DNA from: Yuukianura sp. NJ FZ-2021
Lineage: Eukaryota
DNA length: 64,000 nucleotides
Direction: 5' to 3'
Assembly (NCBI GenBank): GCA_046563655.1
Contig: CM102286.1
Coordinates: 12,648,001-12,712,000, forward strand
Under the pieces are notes generated by a model. The model was not told the origin of the DNA, did no database searches, and saw nothing but the letters and a program-made list of their open reading frames with translations. This document shows, in pieces, positions 27,301 to 35,924 of this stretch. Position numbers and translations under genes: made by a program. Within the stretch, counting starts at the first letter, position 1; each line of letters starts with the position of its first letter.

Positions 27301-30300
27301 ACTGAAATGTTTTGGTAGCAGCAGAACCCCCTTCAAAGTCTTTTTTCGAGTCAAATCTACGATGATTTACATTTGATTGTTTTGCAAAAAGGAAAACGCA
27401 GAAAGAGAAAATGGTAAAAGTCTTTCTTCGAAAAAATAGATTTGACATTTCAGTTTGAATGAAAAATCTAAGGAGCAACATGTGGAACTAATCCGCGTGA
27501 GAATTGGATCCAGGCAACCGAATATATTATTCCCTCTAGGAACCAAGAAAATCCTATTTGTTTCCTCTTTATATTTTTGGCATTTTGGCGAAAAAAGAAA
27601 AAGAAAAATTGAGAAAACTGGAATCGAAGTAGGTCGCCTTTCGCGTGATCCAGTCGATTGAAGTTATATTCCCTGACTCAATGTTGGTAAAAGATAAAGT
27701 TCAAAGGGGATTTCACAAAGAAAGAAAAAAGAAAGAATAAGATTGAGTAATAAAGGCAGATTTTCAGATTCGTTTTTATTTTGGTCTCCAGCAGCAAGAG
27801 ACGAAACAATAGAATCCTGCGGAGCCTATCCTTAATCTTGCTCCTTGATAAAAATGATAAAAAGAGACTCTGAAGTCTGAAAAGACACCAAATTCAGATT
27901 GGATTGAAGGATTGGAGTGAAAGTCAAAGACGACAGACAAGGCGATCGGATGAAGAAGTTGAAGCTGACATAAAAACCTTGACTACTGTCTGTAGGCAAC
28001 AAATCCAAAGCTTAGGCTGACTGCGTAGCAACTTACATAATCTTTAAACCCGATGTGAAAAAAGATGCGAAGAAGATGCGATTCTCATTTTCTTTTCCAT
28101 TCTTTTCTTAATAGAAAAACGGGGTGTAAGGTGTTGGACTTTGCACAAAATGACTTTAGATTCAACCTAACCTCTTGTCAGTTCCTTAACCCTATGCGTT
28201 TAAAGGGAAAAGTGAAAGTAACAAAAGTCTGATTCCTGACTTGACTTGCCCATCTTCCTTGACAGAAGAGAGAATAGAAAAAACATAGTTTTTGGAGTCG
28301 TTGATGAAGTTGAAACTTTTTCTGTTCCCTCGTGACTTTCACTCAACTAGAAAGTAGCGGCATCTCACTTCTGCTTTCTTTCTTCTAACCCTAGTCCACC
28401 TATGCTTACGCATTACGTAGAAAAGAATAAGGTTTTTTCTTCCCTACAAGAAAGACTTGAAAGACAGCAAATTCGCGCCTCTTTTCATATGGACGAACAA
28501 GAAGGTTCAACAACGGAGAAAGTCTGGTCGTATAACAAAAAAAAACTCCCTAAAAAGTCTTGTGTCTCCCGCCGAACTGCTGATTTCGTTTTCACTTTCA
28601 CTCTGACTTTTACCACCACCGTGCCTCTAAAATAACACTTTCTTCCCACGCCGTGAGCAGATTTGGAAGTCAGAGATTGATTTAAGCCTGTCGGCACTTC
28701 GCACCATGCGAATTGCTCTCACACCCGTACTTTCATTCAATATTCAGTTTGTCCAACACCACACCCCTCCCTGCCTGTCTTGTCCTCATGTCTCTTCCAG
28801 AAATCAGCGATTCCCTAACTTCCTGTTCCCATCATCCAATACACAATGCATTGCCTCTCTTTCTCCGAAATGCCTAACTCACATGCATGTTGGTGGATTA
28901 GATAAGGGAAATGTATACCCATTCTTTTGTAAGCATCCCAGACTGCCAATTGTCACATTAGAGTCCGATTTCATGCTTCACGAAACCAGAAAAAAAGATT
29001 TCTGGTTGTGCCCGAGATCTGGGGTAAAGAAGCACTCCACCCTGAATAAGCGTAACGCCCTGAGAGCCCAACCTACACTTTGGGAATGACATGTTTTCCT
29101 TCCAAACACGCAGGGAAGTGAGAGAAAGCATGCAATGGATCTCTTATGTCCTCCAGGAAAAGAATTTCAATGAGTCTACTTCTCCAGTCCTTATCCCAAT
29201 GGACTCGCATAGAATCTGGAGAAGGACAGAAGCTGATGTCCAAGACTCGTAATGGAATCTATCATTTTCAGAACACTTCTGTCACTCAAAGGCAAAAGAC
29301 GAGAGGTCAGTGGACTCACTCGGAGTTCGCAATGGCGGACAATATAGACCAAAAATCGGATTCAGACAAGTGGAAGTAAATTGACATACTTGGCTCTTCC
29401 CTACCCCCTCCTGCCTCTCTCCGCAAAAAAAAAGAAGCTTTCTCCCACTTGACTAATCTTTGATTTAAAACAAGCGTACAATGACATCTAAGGATAAGCT
29501 TTTTGTCAGTTAAGCTAGTAAACAAGGGAAATAAGTCACTTACCGGTAAGTAGCTGAGGTTTTCCTTCGAGATGAAAAATGAAACTTCACTTAGTACTTT
29601 TTGTCGTCGGTAAAGTTCAAGGAGATGATGATAAGTGGCAATTTCCAATGTTTTTTGCCAATGAAACCAAGATGAGATGGATGAGATTGCAGTCAAAAGG
29701 TCCTTGTACAACTGCCGCCACCACCGTTTACCACAAGAGAAACTGTTCACTTAACTCGTTACGTTGTTCCTTGTTTTTGCTTGACAAATGATGAATTCTG
29801 TTTGGAAAAGTTTTGTATTCCAGGATCGACGACAAAGTTGCATGTCACTCGGTGGGAAGATAATTAAAGACGTGAGATTGAAGCCTATTTGTTTTCCTTG
29901 TCAGCAAATTGTTGGCGTAAGGGATTACGTGTGTGGTGTGTGTAGAGTTTTAGTTTCAACACGAGAGGATATTGTTCTGCAGGCTGTCGCCGTCTGTGGA
30001 GACACAACGCGTGTACGTTCTTATAACAACAACGAGACGACGACGACGCTTCACTTTCACTTTGTGACAAAGTTTCGAATCCTTTGGACGCACCTTCCTG
30101 TCACAGGATCTGAAAGCAAAGAAAGTGACATAAGTCAGTTAGCTTTTTAAGTTCAGGTGAAAATTGTGATCAGCGTCAAGGTTACCTTTACGTTGTCAAT
30201 AAACCGTCGTCTCCACACCTTACGGCAAGTGTCAGCTAGAACTAGATATTGTAAGCTGGTTGATCCAACTGGTTTTCGGCAATGACATTAACGCACTGAA

Positions 30301-30979
30301 ACCACGTCCGGCGGGATGATCCTGTTCTAAATGCTGTGAACGAACACCTTCAGACGAGGGTTTTGGAATTGAAGTTGGAGAAAGAGTTATTTGACACTTG
30401 ATTTGATTACAATAGCTCCGTTAACTCCAAGGATGTTTCTCACGATGATGGTGGAGCAATCGTAAAGTTAATGGTCAAAGGAACCCAAGAGTCCAAACTG
30501 CTCAAGACACCTTGATTTTCCTCAGAGTGGTTAAACAACACTATTAAGGAAGAAGTAAATGGGATATTGTTGAGCATAAGTTTTGCGTTGCCGGGAGCAA
30601 GAGAAAGAGCACTTCGTGACTCCTTCCCACCGTAGTCCTACTCCACGCACAAAATAAAATCCCGGAGCTTCAAGTTGAAGGAAGATGATGAAGATTTTTT
30701 CCCCAAGTTCAAGTTCGTTGTTTTGGACTTATTAGGCAAGGAGTGCCTTCACAATGGTCTTTCGGTCTTGAAGATCTTGTTGAGCCGTTCTGTGGTAGAG
30801 ATGAAGATGATGTTGAAGAATCGTAGCCAGTCCTTTTGTTTTCCAAGTGGAGGAAGAAGAGAATGAAGTAGTAGTAGATCCGAGGGTGTTGGATGCTGAA
30901 AAGTTGGCGATGAACAAAGTTGTGATCTGCTGGCAGTAGTTTGAAGCCGACTGAGACTCGCCGTTTCCCAACTACTTAC

Positions 30980-31222
30980 TTTTCCCTCTGCGTTCTCCCA
31001 CCACCAGAATCCTAAAATGATTCTGCTGCCTCCTTTTCCATTCTGTTCCCGAATTCCCTGCTTTCACTTTTCTTCCGCTCCGGTTTCGGCTTGGCTCCAT
31101 TCCCTCCCGGCTCCCAGAGTAAACATTCAACTTGTCTTCACTGACTTCCAAACTATTATTCTTCATTAATTAGCCCGAATTTTTAGTGTCTCAGACCAAT
31201 TAAGACTCTCTTCAATTTCATT
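30980..31222 (-). other. Candidate second exon of the unidentified minus-strand gene (contains ATG 31166 ORF open to the donor)
   Basis: ttttctgtttccttccag acceptor, AA|GTAAGT donor, phase 1 relative to ATG 31166. Confidence 0.5.
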
Positions 31223-31352
31223 CTGGAAGGAAACAGAAAACTTTAATCAGTCTAAAACCAATTTCCTTAAAACTTCATCACACAATGTCATCACGAATCA
31301 CCAACCTTTTCCAAAACTGAAAATACGTAAACAAAAGAGAACAAATCCTTAC

Positions 31353-31750
31353 CGTTACGTTTTACCATCTTCATTCCATTGTTCAATGACTGAGTACAGC
31401 CGATTACAGATGATGATGACTGGCACTGGTGAGTGACGATTGATTAACGAATAGTTCAGTAGGTCATCCCAGGTAAAGGTCGCGTCTCCTTGAATCGCCA
31501 CCCCCGCAGTACAAACCGATGGATCCATGGAATAAGTCACTGTACCTCGTAGTATCCGGAGTAAATGCACTTTGGATGAGGTCACTGAGGTCACCAAATG
31601 AGAATCCTATAACAGGAGATGATTTGTTGTGACTAATTGGAATAGTTAAAACAGAGACTCTGGAGAATCAAAAATGGCGACGGGGTGAGAGAGGACAAGA
31701 GAAGCGAGTCTCTTGTTGTCTTGTGATTGTTGTGTGTGTGGGGTGGGGAG
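31353..31750 (-). other. Candidate first (5'-UTR) exon of a large unidentified minus-strand gene
   Basis: CG|GTAAGG donor at 31352. CT-rich, CpG-containing promoter-like region at 31680-31880 with a GCCATTTT (YY1/Pho-like) motif. A 130-nt intron leads to a good acceptor at 31223. Confidence 0.5.
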
Positions 31751-31884
31751 GAAGGAGGGGAAAAAAGGAAGGAAGGACGCTTCGCTCGCAGGTGCGTCGA
31801 AGGGTAAAAGCGATAACGTTTTTCATACGTTTGGCAAACGGCGAAGCACAACCCACTGCCACCCGCAGCGGAGATGGGCATTAG

Positions 31885-32045
31885 TAAATACTTTTATATT
31901 TGTTTTTATATTCTATTAATTATATTTATATTAAAATAGTTATAAAATATAAGTATAATAATGTACTTATATTTTATAACTATTTTAATATAAATACGTA
32001 TTTAAAGTTATAATTATTTTTTTGAAAAGTATTTAATTTAAAATT
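31885..32045. repeat. Extremely AT-rich low-complexity tract
   Basis: About 160 bp almost devoid of G and C, with a sharp boundary against the GC-richer promoter-like region. Confidence 0.8.
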
Positions 32046-34375
32046 ACCCCACTTTGCTGCTACAAAATTGAGGCAAATTCAAACGCTCAAAAAACGTTTT
32101 CAAGAAAAAAGGAAGCGAAAAAAAGCTATAAATGTTAACGTAACGTTTTTATGTTCCTTTTGATGAAAGTTATGAACTGGAGCGAGGATAAGGAAAACGA
32201 ATTTAAATTGGGTTCATTTTGAGTAAGATGGGGGATTTTTGGTCCATGTCTTTTTTGAAATTTGAGTACTCGATTTTCAAAATAAAAGCGTTCTCTCGGG
32301 CATCATTTTCTGCGTGCTCTTGCCTACTACTTTCTCCACTTGACTTCCGCTGCCGCTAGCTCACTCCATCAAAGCCTGAACCGCCCAAATGAAGATTTTA
32401 AATTCATTAGTTTGGCGCTGGAAGTCATAAAGCGAAGAGGATGTGATGAATCAATTCCCCTTCCGAAAGACCCAATTTCCAAAAAATGCTAATCTAGGTC
32501 GTTCGTTAGTCACTTTCAAGTTTTTCTAAAACTTGGATAGAACTGAAAACGAACTTTTTGGAGGGTGATGAAGATGAGTATCTTATTGGGAAGTGCAGAT
32601 ACCAGCAAAAATAGTATAAAGATCAGAAAATCGCAGAAAAAAGTATTCGCGCTATTTCATAAAAATTTTATTTCCCAATAAATTCCCAAACGATTCTATT
32701 TCTTGGAAATCATCTTCGGTTTTCAAAAACTTCCGGAAAAAATAATCGTTGATACGAAGCAAAAAAAAAACTCATAGCATCACCATTTCGCGTAAAAAAC
32801 AAAGTTGCAATTGAAGCGTAATTTATGATTTTGGCTAATCAGATTTCATGTACCAGCTTTGATATTGATTTGAAAACTGGCGAAGAAAAGGGCATAAGCG
32901 AAAGCGAACACAACCGTCTGCGGTTGGCAAAATTTCAAAACTTGCCAAAAATCTTTTGTTCCGTGCGTCATTTCGGGTTCAGAAATTTTACGCACCACGC
33001 AGGTTTTGGCACAAAGAGAAAGTGAGGAATTTTGGTCTTATCAAAGTGAAAGTTTTGGAAGCAAAACCTCGTAGAAGTACCACGTGATTTGTGAGTTAAG
33101 ACCAAACTTCAAAATCTAATTCGATTTTCCACTTCTCTCTTTTGAAATGACTGAAAACTAATAATTCAAAATTGGATTTTTCTCTTTTCCAGCCCTTGTA
33201 AATATGAAAACTTTTTTCTCCTTTTTCAGAATTATAATTTCCTTCCATAAATCCTAGCAATTTCCACTTCAACATTTACCACCGCCAACCATAAGCTATA
33301 CGCTGAAGCTGAACCTTTCCAACCTAAAACGAAAACCTTAGCACCCATCAAAGCCTTTTTTACAACAACGGAAGTATTTTTTTTTTACTCAGTAAGAGTC
33401 AAAGGCTCTTCCAAAAACTCAATTAGTTCCTTTGAAAAGTTTAGACTTGAAAAAAAAAGTTTTCAAAGTCAGCCGCCAACATTTTTCGTTTTCTTTTTAG
33501 TGGCATGTGGGAACTTTCAACGCCATTTTGAACTTTTTTCTCTTTAAAGTTTGAACATTGCTGTTCTGTTTGATGGTTAGACAGAAAAATGACGCATTTC
33601 GAAATTACCCCAAAAATTCATGACCATTCATGTTTATGCCTTTGCATTTTTAAGAGTTCAAAATTTTGAACTTCAACGATTTTGAGGTTCCCTTTTGCAC
33701 TTTAAAAAAAACTTAAATTAAGTCATCAAAGAAGATCTCTTCATCTTCCGCTTGCTGTAGTTACACTTTCGAGATGTGGACTGATAAGCCTGGGGCCACC
33801 ACCTCTCAATTCCATAACAATAGGTGCAAGGAAGAACATTCCCTAAAGTAAAAATTGCACTGGTCACGCTTGGTGCTTATTAGAGACCCGTAAATTATAG
33901 ACTTTAGGCATGCATGATATGCATAGCAGCTTCAATTTCAACTTTTCACTTGTCTTGGAAAAACTTGAAGGAAGAAGAGAGAAAAAAATTAACAATTTTT
34001 GTTGGTGGTGAGAAGTTACATGAAAGAGGAAGAAATTGTTTAATTATCCGGCAGAAATTGCATTTGACTCTTGAAAGAGAAAATCTACCTTTTGCTGTTG
34101 GTGTTAAGAAATTATCCGACAACATTCTCATCTTTCCTAGAAAAACTTGCATTTTTTGACGTTCAATGTCAGACCGAATGAAAGTGAGAATTGAGTGAAG
34201 TGTTTGGCGTTAAAACGTGAATTCGAAATTGAAGCGTCATGAACGATCACACGGTTCCATGCAGTGGACTGGAGGCGATTTTATTTAAAGTTACAAACTT
34301 TAAAAACCTTCATGCTATTGTCTGTACTACTACTAAAAAATAATTTTTACACAATACTACAAACAATACATGAAT

Positions 34376-34443
34376 AAAAATAGTTTTTTTTTTAAATAAA
34401 AAATTAGATTCCACAGCTGGAGTATATCCGAAAAATGCAAACT
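34376..34443. mobile_element. Short (~70 bp) dispersed element, copy 2, flanked by the 11-bp direct repeat AATACATGAAT
   Basis: Same core as 6073-6124. Direct repeats at 34365-34375 and 34444-34454. Confidence 0.55.
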
Positions 34444-34539
34444 AATACATGAATTCTTTTTATTACTCGCAGTTAGAAAGTTATTCCTTTTGTTTACAAT
34501 TTCGCGCGTGATTAGTTTGTGATTTTTGGAACGAGAAAA

Positions 34540-35058
34540 TTAGCGAGTTAGAAATATGAAGCCGACTCCAGTATTTGTGTAGGTTGGCCTTTTTCCAGTA
34601 GACACGAAACGCACGTCGATTCCCGTTGCTTTACAGTGCGCGTAGTCTCCGGAAGCCGTAAATCGAATATTGATACCCGCTGCTTCGCAATACGTTCTTT
34701 CTCCAGTTGATAACACGTCAATGTCTATGCCAAATGCAAGGATAGCTACATCGTCTGCGTATGTTATGACTGTCCAGCCGACTCCCACTGCCGTCACTTT
34801 GATATTGCCCCCAAAAGCGTAGAAAATGCAGTTGGAGGTTCTGCAGCGTCCCTTCAACACGTATGTGTGTCCGTAACCGGAAGCAATGAACATACGCCAG
34901 TCTACATAAGCAGTAAAATTTCCTCCGCTAGGTGAGGTAACTTCGGGATCATCAGCGTTGTAGTGGTACGTAGCAATCCAGCGATTCCAAGCAAGAACAG
35001 TTAAAACGACCAAAACTCCAGCCCATTTAATGATGAGCTGCACGTTCGAAGGAAGCAT
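34540..35058 (-). CDS. Intronless small protein (172 aa): N-terminal signal/anchor plus 9-aa Gly-periodic repeats (predicted beta-solenoid), paralog B
   Basis: First in-frame ATG at 35058 (MLPSNVQLIIKWAGVLVVLTVLAW). Repeats IDIDVLSTG/ERTYCEAAG/INIRFTASG/DYAHCKATG/IDVRFVSTG. Frame preserved against paralog A. AATAAA at 34459-34464. Confidence 0.8.
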   Translation of the reverse strand: MLPSNVQLIIKWAGVLVVLTVLAWNRWIATYHYNADDPEVTSPSGGNFTAYVDWRMFIASGYGHTYVLKGRCRTSNCIFYAFGGNIKVTAVGVGWTVITYADDVAILAFGIDIDVLSTGERTYCEAAGINIRFTASGDYAHCKATGIDVRFVSTGKRPTYTNTGVGFIFLTR

Positions 35059-35360
35059 TTCGTTCAAAACGGAATTGAATGAATACAAGCTGCAGCACTA
35101 GATATGGAAGGACAAAGCACGACCACAGTAGCGTCGATACGACAAGAAGTCTTCACGGTTGACCCTACAAGCGACGCTGCGTTCGGACTCAGCGTTAAAA
35201 AAGACGAAACGGAAGATGAAGAGTTTTTTGTTCATAACTTCAAACTCTTGGTTTCCGTCGTCATGAAGACAAAAATTCAAAAATTCTTGGGCAAGAATAC
35301 ACCGCGATAATTCAAGTTCGAAAGAAAGCACAAAAGTGAGCGGTTTTATTAATGCTAATT

Positions 35361-35924
35361 TTAAACTAATTGCCAATCTCCGACGTGGTTAATTTGATGT
35401 TTTGGTAGAGGATCCGATTCGCCGTTTTCAAATGTGAATCCGAGCCCGTCATCGATGTAGGTTGCGTGGTTTCCTTTGGCCATAAAAGTCACATCATATC
35501 CTTTGGAAACACAGCGAGCATAGTCCCCGAACGCTGAAAACCGAATTGCGATACCCGTAGCTATGCAAGTGGTCCATTTTCCAGTCGAAACTACGTTGAT
35601 GACGATGCCACTTGCAGTAATGTTGACTTCATCGCCATAAGTGTTGACAATCCATCCGATTCCAGCCGCAATCACGTTGACGTTGTGTCCGGTAACGCTG
35701 AAGACGCAATTTGGAATTCCGCAGCGTCCATTCAACTCGTAGGTATGTCCGTTACCGGATGCGGTGAATACACGACCGTCTTCGGATGTCCAAATTTCGC
35801 CTCCGCTTGGCGACGTTACTTGAGGAGGTGGTTCGGGCTTGACATACTTCGTAAAAATCCAACCGGTGATAATCATAGAGCAGAGTAAAATAAAAAGCTC
35901 GCGCAGCAAGTGAAGGACGTCCAT
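35361..35924 (-). CDS. Intronless small protein (187 aa): N-terminal signal/anchor plus 9-aa Gly-periodic repeats (predicted beta-solenoid), paralog A
   Basis: First in-frame ATG at 35924 (MDVLHLLRELFILLCSMIITGWIF is hydrophobic). About 54% identical (70/130, counted by hand) in an ungapped alignment with 34540-35058. AATAAA about 10 nt after the stop (35345-35350). Confidence 0.8.
   Translation of the reverse strand: MDVLHLLRELFILLCSMIITGWIFTKYVKPEPPPQVTSPSGGEIWTSEDGRVFTASGNGHTYELNGRCGIPNCVFSVTGHNVNVIAAGIGWIVNTYGDEVNITASGIVINVVSTGKWTTCIATGIAIRFSAFGDYARCVSKGYDVTFMAKGNHATYIDDGLGFTFENGESDPLPKHQINHVGDWQLV

Noticed and set aside
34520..34530. Sm-site-like GATTTTTGGA suggesting an snRNA or SL RNA
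   Set aside because: No flanking stem-loops or snRNA similarity, and the motif is frequent by chance in T-rich DNA.
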